Part shown: positions 28,255 to 38,300 of the stretch, one piece after another
Layout: each line of letters opens with the position of its first letter
Position numbering within the stretch: position 1 is the first letter of the stretch
Assembly: GCA_964466315.1 (NCBI GenBank)
Contig: CAYXNS010000002.1
Span: forward strand, 29,174-93,173
DNA length: 64,000 bases
Origin: an uncultured Gammaproteobacteria bacterium
Lineage (GTDB): Bacteria; Pseudomonadota; Gammaproteobacteria; Steroidobacterales; Rariloculaceae
Reading direction: 5' to 3'
Notes under the pieces: model-generated
Told to the model about the DNA's origin: nothing
Seen by the model: only the letters and a program-made list of their open reading frames with translations
Databases searched by the model: none
Translations under genes and position numbers: made by a program

Positions 28255-28929
28255 ATGGTGAGTAGGGCGGACTCGGCCGCGACCGGCGGAGGGAGCAGGG
28301 TGGACAAACTCATCAGGCACGCACTTTTCGATCGTCTATTGCACTGGGTCACGGCTGGGTGTGTCATTGTTCTGCTCGCGACGGCATTTCTACCCATCCT
28401 CGGGTTCGATTTTGCCTGGGTGACGATTCATTGGGTGACCGGAATCGTTGTGACCGTAACCGTTTCTATTCATATCGTTCGAGCACTATTCTGGCGGGAT
28501 CTTCAAGCAATGCGGATCGGGCCGAGGGATCTGCGCGAGGGCCTACAACTCGCAAAGTGGATGCTCAGGCTCGATACTGGGCGACCCGGCCTCACTGGCA
28601 AGTACTCCCTCGCCCAGAAAGCGATCCATCACATTTTTTCCATGGTCGTATTGACGACGATTGTCAGCGGTGCGCTCATGCTGAAAAAGATCGATACGCC
28701 CTGGTGGGAACGGGACCCTTACTGGCTTGGTGAGAATGTTTGGGGAGCCATCTACGTTCTACACGATTTCGCCGCGCTACTGCTGATCGCTATGGTGATG
28801 ATGCATGTCTACTTCGCACTACGACCCGAGAAGCTCTTCTTCACGCGCGCGATGATACTCGGTTGGATAACCCGAGACGAGCACGAAGCTCATCACGATC
28901 CGGAGCGCTGGCGGGCGGACCCGGAGTGA
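28255..28929 (+). CDS. membrane b-type cytochrome (Ni/Fe-hydrogenase / formate dehydrogenase gamma-type cytochrome b family)
   Basis: IRHALFDRLLHWVTAG...four TM segments with conserved His (HW, IHIV, AIHH, MHVY). Confidence 0.7.
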   Translation: MVSRADSAATGGGSRVDKLIRHALFDRLLHWVTAGCVIVLLATAFLPILGFDFAWVTIHWVTGIVVTVTVSIHIVRALFWRDLQAMRIGPRDLREGLQLAKWMLRLDTGRPGLTGKYSLAQKAIHHIFSMVVLTTIVSGALMLKKIDTPWWERDPYWLGENVWGAIYVLHDFAALLLIAMVMMHVYFALRPEKLFFTRAMILGWITRDEHEAHHDPERWRADPE

Positions 28930-28945
28930 ATTAGTATCTCTCCGG

Positions 28946-29350
28946 ATGAGCGAAAATCAGGGGCAAAGTCTCGAAGAACGAATCGATGCCATCGAATCGG
29001 GTTACGAGTTCATGCTGGCCTACGCCGCACAGGGTAGGGACAGCGACCGAGGCGCGAGTGGTATGGCGTCCGAGTTGCGCGACTTTCTCGATGCGATGGA
29101 GCAGGCTCTGGAAGGTCTGGGTGCGATTATTAGATCGCTCACCGAGTCGAAGAATGCGGATGCGGTCGATCGCGCAACTGCATTTTTCGACGCCGTGGAT
29201 GAGGATGCACGACGTGCCCAGGGTGTCATCCGGCTCGTGCTTGCGCAGGAGGGAATCAGCTCTCAGTTGGTCGATAACGTCAATGCATCTATACACTTAC
29301 GAGCATTGCTCACCGACCTGTTCGTGCTGGACGAGGCGTTGAAGAATTAG
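28946..29350 (+). CDS. hypothetical helical protein
   Basis: 134-aa ORF 17 nt after cytochrome b. No family recognised. Confidence 0.5.
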   Translation: MSENQGQSLEERIDAIESGYEFMLAYAAQGRDSDRGASGMASELRDFLDAMEQALEGLGAIIRSLTESKNADAVDRATAFFDAVDEDARRAQGVIRLVLAQEGISSQLVDNVNASIHLRALLTDLFVLDEALKN

Positions 29351-29446
29351 AATAAGCGGCTTAACTGGCCTCTACGAGGCCGGGTGAGCTACTCAAGACT
29401 AACAGCGACATGAGTCGCGCAGTGAATATTCTTAAGGAGAACGACA

Positions 29447-30346
29447 ATGGCACGTCTAATTGCATCGGCCCTGACCATGGCGAGTTTAGCGGTGCCTGTC
29501 TGGGCACAGGAGGATTTTTCAGCCGTCGAGATCGAAACCGTGCAGGTGGCGGACGGCGTCTACATGCTCGTCGGTGCCGGCGGCAACATCGGCCTCTCCG
29601 TCGGAGACGATGGCGCGTTCGTCATCGACGATCAGTTTGCTCCTCTGAGCGACAAGATTATGGCCGCCATCGCCGAGATCACGGACGCCGACGTCGAGTT
29701 TTTGGTGAACACGCACTATCACGGTGACCACACGGGCGGCAACGAGGCGTTCGGTGCGGCCGGGGCGCTCATCTTCGCTCACGACAATGTGCGTGTGAGA
29801 ATGAGCACCGACCAATTCCGATCCATCTTTAACCAGCCGATTCCGGCGTCCCCCGAAGGCGCGCTTCCGGTCGTAACGTTTTCGGATGAGATGAGTTTCC
29901 ACTGGAACGGTGACAATATCCGGGCGATACACCAACCGCCCGCCCACACTGACGGCGACTCGATCCTGCATTTTCAGAACGCGAATGTCATCCACATGGG
30001 CGACACGTTCTTTCTCGGCTGTTATCCCTTTATCGATGTTGATAGCGGTGGCGACATTAACGGTATCATTGCCGGTGGCTACCGGGCGTTATCCCTTGCG
30101 GATGAGGATACCGCGATCATACCGGGTCACGGCCCGCTTTCCGATGCAGACGGGCTGGCGTCTTGGCTCGAAATGCTCAAAGCGACGCGCGTCAGCATGC
30201 AGTCCATGATCGATCAGGGTATGTCCGAGGACGAGGCGCTTGCGGCGCGGCCGACAGCGGAGTTCGACAACGAAGTGGATGAGGGCTGCTTCATCAATCC
30301 CGAGAACTACAATCGCTTGCTCTATCAGAGTCTGACGCGCAACTAG
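29447..30346 (+). CDS. MBL-fold metallo-hydrolase, exported
   Basis: Signal peptide. NTHYHGDHTGGN (HxHxDH) and IPGHGP. Confidence 0.8.
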   Translation: MARLIASALTMASLAVPVWAQEDFSAVEIETVQVADGVYMLVGAGGNIGLSVGDDGAFVIDDQFAPLSDKIMAAIAEITDADVEFLVNTHYHGDHTGGNEAFGAAGALIFAHDNVRVRMSTDQFRSIFNQPIPASPEGALPVVTFSDEMSFHWNGDNIRAIHQPPAHTDGDSILHFQNANVIHMGDTFFLGCYPFIDVDSGGDINGIIAGGYRALSLADEDTAIIPGHGPLSDADGLASWLEMLKATRVSMQSMIDQGMSEDEALAARPTAEFDNEVDEGCFINPENYNRLLYQSLTRN

Positions 30347-30756
30347 TCCACCTGTTGTAGAGGCCGGACTAGATAGCCATTCATTTTTCGTGGAACGTGT
30401 TGCCAAAGAAGCTCGTCGAGGGTCGTTATATGCAATCTCAATTCATTTGCAAGGGCGAGGGCTGTCAGCCGGCCGGCCGCACGCGGTAATCTCGGTGGCA
30501 ACCGGCACTGATCAGTAGCACTAAGCTGGTAGCGCCTATCGTCACGATCTTGGTCGAGTTTCACATGGAAGGTCCTTGTTCTTGAATGGAAGGCGGAGCG
30601 GAGAATAGCCAGGCTCGGCGTTGATACGCAAGTGTTCGGCTCGTTTCAGTATGATGGCTTGGGCCAGTGAGGAGACCTTGAGCCATTGGATAGAACTGTG
30701 CGAAACACACCCGAACAAGAGCGTATGGGCTTGATACTTGCCCCGGTTCGACGACT

Positions 30757-31305
30757 ATGATTGGCCGGTATATTCCGCCGCCGGCTGATGAGTTATCGAA
30801 AGATCAGCAGCGCGTGGCGGATGCGATCACCGGTGGGTTACGCGGCGAGATACCGGGACCCTTACACATGTGGCTCCTGCGGCCGGAGCTCGCAGATCGT
30901 GCACAGTGTCTCGGTGAATACGCGCGTTACCAAACTTGCCTGCCTGCCGCGCTGTCGGAGATTGCGATCCTCACCGTCGCGCGGCATTGGGACTCGGAAT
31001 TCGAATGGCATGCGCACAAGACGATCGCCCTCGATGCCGGTGTACCGGAAGAAACCATCGAGAGCATCCGAAACCGGCGGGATCCGAAGTGGGAGACCAC
31101 GGAGCAGGCGATCGTGCATGAGTTCTCCAAGACGCTTCTGGAGGAGCGCCGAGTCGGTGACGACCTGTTCGAGCGGGCGATCGAAACGATAGGATGGGAG
31201 GGCCTCGTCGATCTTGTCGGTATTCTCGGTTATTACTCGTTGATCTCGATGACGATCAACGTTTTTGACGTGCCTCTGCCGGATAGTGTGACACCTGAAC
31301 TCTAG
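30757..31305 (+). CDS. carboxymuconolactone decarboxylase (AhpD-like) family protein
   Basis: LTVARHWDSEFEWHAHKTIALDAGV is the typical CMD-family core. Confidence 0.8.
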   Translation: MIGRYIPPPADELSKDQQRVADAITGGLRGEIPGPLHMWLLRPELADRAQCLGEYARYQTCLPAALSEIAILTVARHWDSEFEWHAHKTIALDAGVPEETIESIRNRRDPKWETTEQAIVHEFSKTLLEERRVGDDLFERAIETIGWEGLVDLVGILGYYSLISMTINVFDVPLPDSVTPEL

Positions 31306-33539
31306 AAACGGTATGTGTAGCTGAACTTCAGGCTCAGATCAGTCAGAGTGGAATGAAAACTGTTGTTGCGATTCAGATCCTGCAGGTTGTGGTTCAGGAC
31401 GATGAATGCTTCGCGGCCTGCTTGAGGGATCCAATGAAGCCGACTGTTGATGCTGATGATTTCCGAGTTGTTATCGTATTGCAGCAAGTTCACCCAGGAC
31501 AACGTGTTGGAGAATACAAAATCAAGGCCGAGGCCTGCCAGGCGTAGATCGAAATTTCCCTCGGGAAGGTCGATGTCGTTATAGGTATAACTCCAGAAGA
31601 TGCGCCAGTGCTCGGTTGGCGTCCAGGTCATTTGCGCGACGATGTTGTCCTTCGTGCCACCGAAGAAATCGCCTGTCCGATAGGTGAGGTCGCCAGAGAG
31701 CCTGCGCGAACTGAAGCTGGAAAACTGGATACCAATGTCGTCGAATGAGTACTCGCCGGCCGGAATCGTTACCGGCACTCCGCCGGAGCTCGGATCAGGA
31801 TCCCAGATTGTGAAAGGCTCACCCAGGATCTCGCGCGTACCCGTGTAGAGAAACCGCAACGAATCGCCGGAATTGGTCGAGAAGCTGAAAAAGCGAGCAT
31901 TCAGGATTTCGCTTTGTAGGTCCCCCGCAATCGATTCGACACGTTGCAGCCCGAAGTTCGAAAAAATGAAACGCAGAGGATTACCCTGGGGGTATCGTTG
32001 CAGCCAGCCGATCTCGGCGGCGTAGTCTCGAATGCCGGCGCGATTGACGAAGCCCTGAGCCGGGTTGAAGTGCTCTTGAATTTCTTTAAACGCCACGTTG
32101 AACTTCCAGCCACGTGTGCTTGGGTTTGGGAGTATGAAGCGCAGGCCCCAAGAGGCGTCGTCGCCGACGAGGCCTTCCGTGTCCGACTTCTGATACCAGG
32201 CTGAGCCCTGGATCGTGCGGTTGTTCGGCATGCGTGTGTTGAGGTAGTTGAAGTCGACGCCTAGAACGCTGTTGTCGAGATTCGAACGTGGGTCGCCATT
32301 CGTCATGATCACGCCCAGTGATGATTCCTGCAGCACATTCAGTGACGCACGACCGGTGAACAGATCCGTCGCTTCGACGTTACCGAATTCATCTTGCTTG
32401 ATTGTCAAGGCGCCCAACGTCCACGGACCGGCGCGGCCGCTGAGTTTGCCGCCGTACTCGAGATCGACCGGTTGGCCGGAAAGGCTCAGGCCGATCCGGC
32501 GCGAGAAGAACGGCCGGCCGTTCTGCTCGAGCGTCCCAGAGAGCTGGCCGAAGCTTCCCAGTGCGCCGGTACCACCAAATTCGAAGATGTCGGCGTCGCG
32601 AAGAAAAAAGTCCCGCTTCTCGGGAAAGAACAGGCCGAAGCGTGTGAGATTGACCTGACGATCGTCGACCTCAGTAGCGGAGAAGTCCGTATTGAATGTC
32701 AGCGAGCCGCTCAGCGATGGGGTCAAACGGTAGAAGATGTCCAACGATGGGTCGAACTCCGACTCGTTACTCGATAGCGAGAAATCTCTCTGATCACTGA
32801 TGCTGATGCTCGGGACGATGTCGAGTCCAACTCCCTGGTTCAAATCTTCGAAGCCGATCGCTTTTCCGGAAACGGCGGGATTCTGAGTACGGTTTCGAGA
32901 CACCCAGGCCATGCGTTCGTTCTTGCTGCGAACGCGGCGGCCGAAGTTGATGCCCCAGGTATCGGTGTTGGGGTCGAACGATAGCGTCTTGAACGGAATC
33001 GCTAGCTCCGCGACCCAACCCTGATCGTCGCGCGTGGCCGCCGCCTGCCAGATGCCCTCCCAGTTTGATTGTAGCTGCGTCGAACCGACGTAGAGGCCCT
33101 CGGAACGAACCCCGTTGGGGTTGACGAGAAACCGATAACCATCGCGCTGCGTGTTATACGGATCAATGATCAAAACCAGGTGATCTTCGTTTTCGATCGA
33201 GGCACCCTGCCGTAAGATATTCGCCGTGATTCTCTCGGGTTCGCTGTCCCACAATCGTGCCGCAACGTATAGCGCGTCCTGATCGTAGAGGACGTAGATT
33301 TCACTCTTCTCGGTCGCTTCGCTGTACTCGATGGGATCCATCTGGTGCAGGTCAGCTGTGACCGATGCGTGGCTCCAGGCTTCGTCGTCGAGAAGGCCAT
33401 CGATAACTGGGGACGTGGTCGTCCGGACCATCTGAAACGATTTGGTTTGTTGCCCGCTCGGTTGGCCGAGCGCTTGCTGCGAAATTCCGATTACGATTAG
33501 CGCGAGCAAAAATCGATGGAGTGACGAACAGTGATCCAT
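31302..33539 (-). CDS. outer-membrane protein with N-terminal CBM9-like domain and DUF5916-type beta-barrel
   Basis: IDGLLDDEAWSHA...YVLYDQDALYVAARLWD...DHLVLIIDPYNTQRDGYRFLVNPNG, and a C-terminal ...FSYTYRF aromatic terminus. The start at MDHCSSLHRFLLALIVIGISQQALG (33539) is preferred to 33665. Confidence 0.7.
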   Translation of the reverse strand: MDHCSSLHRFLLALIVIGISQQALGQPSGQQTKSFQMVRTTTSPVIDGLLDDEAWSHASVTADLHQMDPIEYSEATEKSEIYVLYDQDALYVAARLWDSEPERITANILRQGASIENEDHLVLIIDPYNTQRDGYRFLVNPNGVRSEGLYVGSTQLQSNWEGIWQAAATRDDQGWVAELAIPFKTLSFDPNTDTWGINFGRRVRSKNERMAWVSRNRTQNPAVSGKAIGFEDLNQGVGLDIVPSISISDQRDFSLSSNESEFDPSLDIFYRLTPSLSGSLTFNTDFSATEVDDRQVNLTRFGLFFPEKRDFFLRDADIFEFGGTGALGSFGQLSGTLEQNGRPFFSRRIGLSLSGQPVDLEYGGKLSGRAGPWTLGALTIKQDEFGNVEATDLFTGRASLNVLQESSLGVIMTNGDPRSNLDNSVLGVDFNYLNTRMPNNRTIQGSAWYQKSDTEGLVGDDASWGLRFILPNPSTRGWKFNVAFKEIQEHFNPAQGFVNRAGIRDYAAEIGWLQRYPQGNPLRFIFSNFGLQRVESIAGDLQSEILNARFFSFSTNSGDSLRFLYTGTREILGEPFTIWDPDPSSGGVPVTIPAGEYSFDDIGIQFSSFSSRRLSGDLTYRTGDFFGGTKDNIVAQMTWTPTEHWRIFWSYTYNDIDLPEGNFDLRLAGLGLDFVFSNTLSWVNLLQYDNNSEIISINSRLHWIPQAGREAFIVLNHNLQDLNRNNSFHSTLTDLSLKFSYTYRF

Positions 33540-33627
33540 TCCGGTTGCAGCTTCCGTGGTGATCTGGGTGACCACACGCTCATGTAGACGGAGTTGCAGT
33601 CTCCACGCAGACGTGTACCGGTATCGG

Positions 33628-33655
33628 CGGGGCGCCATTGTGCTGAAACGCCCCG
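33628..33655 (-). other. 7-bp perfect stem-loop between the S1C-like gene and the OMP gene
   Basis: CGGGGCG (33628-33634) pairs with CGCCCCG (33649-33655). No U-run follows. Confidence 0.3.
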
Positions 33656-33693
33656 AAGATGTCACCTAACCATTTTGTAATGTTAAAACGACG

Positions 33694-34638
33694 TTACTGA
33701 ATCGTACCTTTGTGCAGAAACGCGGCACGCTCAGATGATTTCACCACCAGTTCTTGTCTTTTCGTGTTTCGCAGAATCGTGAGCGGTACATCGACACCGG
33801 CACGCCCTAGGCTCCAGACGAACCTGAAAAAATTCGCGAGGTTGCGGACAGGCTGCTTCTGGACCTCGAGTACGATATCGCCCGGCCGAAGTCCGGCGTC
33901 GTCTGCAGGGCAATTGCGGTAGACACCGACGACCGTGAGATCGCCTTCTGCATCATGGATGAGAAGGCCTAGCCATGGTCTCGGCGGTGCGAGGCGGCGG
34001 CCGTGATCGCAGATTTCATCGATAACCGGTAACAGTAGATCGATAGGCACGAACATATTTACGGTGCGGAGTGCACCGCTGACCTCGAATCCTTGAATAA
34101 CGAGCGAGCCGATTCCGCACAGCCGGCCGTCGAGGTCGAGCAGTGCGGCACCTGACCAGTTCTGGTGGATCGGTGCCGTGAATATTGCATCATCGAGAAC
34201 GTACTCCCAGCGACCGGCGAACTCCTGCCTTGCCACCACCTGAGCTTCCACGACCTGAGGATCGATACCCGCGCTACTGCATACCGTGACGGCATCGCCG
34301 ACGTTCAGATCCTGCGATCGTCCCGGTAGCATCACCGGGCCCGGTAGAGGTGTCGTTGGCCGGATGAGCGCCAAGCCGCTCTGAAAGTCATTGCAGATGA
34401 CAATGCCGGGTGCTGCTGTACCTTCCGCCGATTTGATCCAGATCTCATCCGCCTCGCTGATGACGTAGCCGATCGTCACGATCAGGCCATCGTCGCGAAT
34501 GCGCACGCCGTGCCCGCTACGCTCGGTACCCAGTAGACCTGCACTCATCGCATCGTCCGGTACGTGCGATTGGACCGACACCACGGGCTCCAGTGCTTCC
34601 TCGGCTAATTCCTCGGTGGATCGGGTCGTATCGGACAT
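33694..34638 (-). CDS. trypsin-like (S1C/HtrA-like) domain + PDZ protein with an apparently incomplete catalytic triad and no signal peptide
   Basis: GHGVRIRDDGLIVTIGYVI (Tyr where HtrA has TNxHV His), SGLALIRP (Gly where DLAxL Asp is expected) and NWSGAAL (Ser retained). PDZ-like LRPGDIVLEVQKQPV. Confidence 0.65.
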   Translation of the reverse strand: MSDTTRSTEELAEEALEPVVSVQSHVPDDAMSAGLLGTERSGHGVRIRDDGLIVTIGYVISEADEIWIKSAEGTAAPGIVICNDFQSGLALIRPTTPLPGPVMLPGRSQDLNVGDAVTVCSSAGIDPQVVEAQVVARQEFAGRWEYVLDDAIFTAPIHQNWSGAALLDLDGRLCGIGSLVIQGFEVSGALRTVNMFVPIDLLLPVIDEICDHGRRLAPPRPWLGLLIHDAEGDLTVVGVYRNCPADDAGLRPGDIVLEVQKQPVRNLANFFRFVWSLGRAGVDVPLTILRNTKRQELVVKSSERAAFLHKGTIQ

Positions 34639-34658
34639 GAGCTCGTAGTGAATCGGCG

Positions 34659-35348
34659 TTAGAAACTGATACTCGGCACCCAGAGTTCGAAATCGTGATG
34701 CTCATGGATGTCGAAACTTCTCAGCAGGCTGAACCCCGCTGCTCGGAGTTCTTCTTCGCGAAGCCCTTCCGGTAGTTTCATTTCAACCGGCGGTCCAGCA
34801 GGTAGCTCACCCGCTTTGTACTCGATCACCGCGATGCGGCCGCCGGGGCGCAGAACTGACCGCAGATGTCTGAAGTACTCGGTTCGATCTTCGATGTGGT
34901 GGTAGGTGTCGACGAGCAGTATGAGATCGAGATGGGCGGGCGGCAGGTGTGGCGTGGAGAACGACGCGAGAACAGGTACGACGTTGTGTAAGTCCGCTTC
35001 AATGAGCCGCTGTCGAAGCGCATCGAGCTGCTGTGGCTCGACGTCGACCGCGTACACGACGCCCCGGCGAAGCTCTTGCGCCAGAGGCACGGTGAAGACA
35101 CCGGGACCGGAGCCCAGATCGGCAACGATCGCATCTTCCGGCAGCATGAGCTCGGCGATGACACGCTCAGGCCGTAACTCCGCGACGCGCTCATCGCTCA
35201 TCAAGCTCTGAATCAGACTCTGAACATCCGGCGGTCCGTGCGGATCTCGATTCGGTACCTCCTGCCCCAACGCGACGCCTGCCGCTCCCAGTAGGACTAT
35301 CAGGCTGGCCAGCCCCATCACGATTCTTCTTAACGCCGCTTTCGCCAT
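34659..35348 (-). CDS. class I SAM-dependent methyltransferase with N-terminal signal/anchor segment
   Basis: VADLGSGPGVFTVPLA (motif I) and GGRIAVIEY. The ATG at 35348 overlaps the upstream TGA (TGATG). Confidence 0.8.
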   Translation of the reverse strand: MAKAALRRIVMGLASLIVLLGAAGVALGQEVPNRDPHGPPDVQSLIQSLMSDERVAELRPERVIAELMLPEDAIVADLGSGPGVFTVPLAQELRRGVVYAVDVEPQQLDALRQRLIEADLHNVVPVLASFSTPHLPPAHLDLILLVDTYHHIEDRTEYFRHLRSVLRPGGRIAVIEYKAGELPAGPPVEMKLPEGLREEELRAAGFSLLRSFDIHEHHDFELWVPSISF

Positions 35349-38300
35349 CAATTTATCGCTGCCGCGTAGGACTCGAGTCGTTCAAGAGTCCGCGATGCGT
35401 TGCGCAATACAATGGCGGCACGGGCGGGATCTCCGCCCGGTAGATCTCCTTGTAGATGGTTGATGACTGCACGGAGATTGCGCCTATTCGACTCCAGATC
35501 TTCCACCGGCAACCGGAAACCCTGAGTTTCGACGCGGTACAGATCGCCCTCGATATAGGACACGACGAAGCGAGCCGATTCGATCGCGAGATCGCTATCG
35601 TTTAAGCCAATAGCCGCCAATACGCGCAGCAAATATAGATCCCGGTGTGGGTTCAGGACGAGTGCCCGATCGATCAATCTGAGTGCATCGAAAGAGAAGC
35701 GCTCGCGGTCCGTTGACACGTTCACGCGCCATTCGGCGCGAAGTCGTACTACTTCGGTGTACCACACATCGGTTATACGAGATCTGCTCAGGATCGGGTC
35801 GAGTTGCGCCATCGCGGGATAGTTCCGCGAAGCGCCATAACCCCACCCCTCGACAACGGCCGCCGCAGTCTCTGACAAGCTGGCCGCGAGCGCCCTGGCT
35901 TCATCCGTTGCCGCGTCGGTGTTCAATGATGCGATTTGGTTTTTGATGAGTTGATAACGCGCCTGGTCGTTTGACGGATCGGCGGTGAGCGCGGCTTCGA
36001 AGGCCGCCGTCGCGCGCTCTGATTGCCCGGCCGAAAGATAGACGAAGCCGTATATCATAAGCTGATCCGAAACCCTCGGGTGGACTTCGGCGAGTGTTGC
36101 CGTTCTTGTCTGCTGCCCCAACCGTAGCATTCGTTGCGCGATGTAACCGAAATTCAAGTCGTCCGTCAGGCGGGTAAAAACCCAACTTCCGCGACGAGTT
36201 AACGGGTCGTACGGTAGGAAGATTCGGTTGAGATCGTCCAGATAGAGTCCGTCCGCGAGGCTGCGGCTCTGCGTCGCCATGAGATTGTTATCGTCAGTGC
36301 TGATTGGTGAGTCGGCGGCGAATTCTTCGACGCCTTCTTGATCCATCATGAGCGCAGCGAGCAAATCTTCGACGCTGTTCATTCCCATGCGGCTGTAGTG
36401 CATGATATCGGTCGTGAATGGTTGCCCCGTTCTTGCCGCCTGTAGTTCTACGTCCAGCGGCGCCTCCGATGCAAGAAACATCAGGACCTGGGCCGCAGGC
36501 TGGTATAGCCGGACATTGGGGTACTCGGCGAGCAGGGTTGCGGCCAACGTCCGTAACAGCGGCTCTTCTACGAACTCCGAGTTCATCCATTGGACGAATA
36601 CGCCCCCCTCATTGAGATGGCTCTTTACGTCCGCTACGAACTCTCGGGTGAATAAATGCGATGCGCCGGCCGTCCACGGATGTGAGGGTTGCGAAACGAT
36701 GAGGTCATAGGTCTTATTCGTCAGCCTCAGCGCGTTGCGGGCGTCATTAATGACGAGATTGATGCGTGGATCCTCGAGCGGGTCTTTGTTGCGTTTGCCC
36801 TGAAGTACTCGGTTTGCTTCGATGACCTCCGGCTCGAGTTCAATCGCGTCGATTGTCTGAATCGACGGTGGCACTCCTTCGAGTGCGACGCCGCCGCCGA
36901 AGCCGATGACGAGCATATCCTCGGCATCGGGGCGTGCGGCAACGGGCAGCGCCGTTAACCATTTCTCCGGATCTTGGACGGGGGGACCACCTTTGGCCAT
37001 TATCGAAGCTTCGGGCAGGCCGTTGGTACGAACGTAGTAATAACCCTCGTCGCTCAGCAGCATGACGGTGGATGAGCGACCGACGCTGTAGAAGAGTTCC
37101 TCGGGTTCCGTCAGATAACCCAGCACGAAGCCGGTACTCGAGATGACGGCCTGCGGACGAGCCGGATGGTAGGCCACGAGGATAATCAGCAGTCCGGCAG
37201 CGACCGCACCCGTATGCAGGCGTTTCGGCGGCGCGACGAAAGCGATCGTCCACAGAGCCAGTACGACGTTGACCGAGACAGCAAGCCGGATGGAGCCTTC
37301 GAAGCCGAGACCCGGGATCAAGAAGAAGCCGGCGAGTATAGCGCCCACGATTGCGCCAATCGTATTCCAGGTATAGATGCGCGCGGTTCCTGAACTTGCC
37401 TCCAGCTCGTCTCTGGCGATTATTCTTACGGCGAGAGGGAAGGTCGCACCGATAAATATCGTCGCCGGTAGCATAATGCTTACCGCATAGACGGCCAGCC
37501 GCTGTGTCGTCAACTCGTCGGGAATGAGGGCTCCCATCCATGCATAGACACCCATCGAGAGAATGGCGATGGCGATCTGGGTAACGGCGAACGCCAGCGC
37601 GGCACGCTGCCGATCTTCGGCAAATTTACCGGCCAGGCTACCGCCCAACGCTATACCGGTGAGGAACGCTGCGAGCATGGTGGCGAAAGCGTAGATGCTC
37701 CCTCCTAACACATGGGTCAGCATCCGCGTCCACAGAACCTCGTAGAAGAACGCATTGGCTCCGGAGAGCAGCATCAGGGGAAGTACCCAGCCGCGCTGCA
37801 TATTGAAGACTTGGTCGAGCCGCTCCGCAGCCGGTCGGCCGCCCTTCAACAGAGGTGCAATGCACGCTCCGACGAAACTGATGACGGGCCGAGTGGCCTC
37901 GCCGGCGCCTGCGGGTGATGTGAGAGCCGGCGCACGTTTGGCCAACAATGCAGCAATCCCGAATACGAGGGCGTTGATCGAAACGCCGATCCAGACTGTG
38001 CCGTTCAGACCCAGTGCCGGCAGCAGGACAAAACCGGCGAGTACCGTGCCGAGGACCGCGCCCGCCGTGTTGGTCGCGTACAGCAACGCTACTCGGGGGC
38101 CGATCTGCTCGTCGTTCGTGATCGCATGCCGTGTCAGCAATGGCAGCGTCGCACCCATGAAGCCCGTGGGTAATGCGAGGACGATAAATGCCACGATCAA
38201 ATAGAACATGGGTTGGCCGAATGTTGCCGCGTTGGGTGGAGCGGGTTGATCGCCGAGCGCGAGCGTGTAGAGCATCCTGGCGCCCGCTAGCAGCAGCGGT

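Noticed and set aside
30343-30757. Low-GC gap with a 73-codon minus-strand ORF (…RLTALALANELRLHITTLDELLWQ…) that looks vaguely HTH-like. Considered as a regulator or transposase remnant.
   Set aside because: I could not assign the similarity to any family, and neighbouring frames give nothing coherent. Left unannotated; BLASTX or HHpred could settle it.
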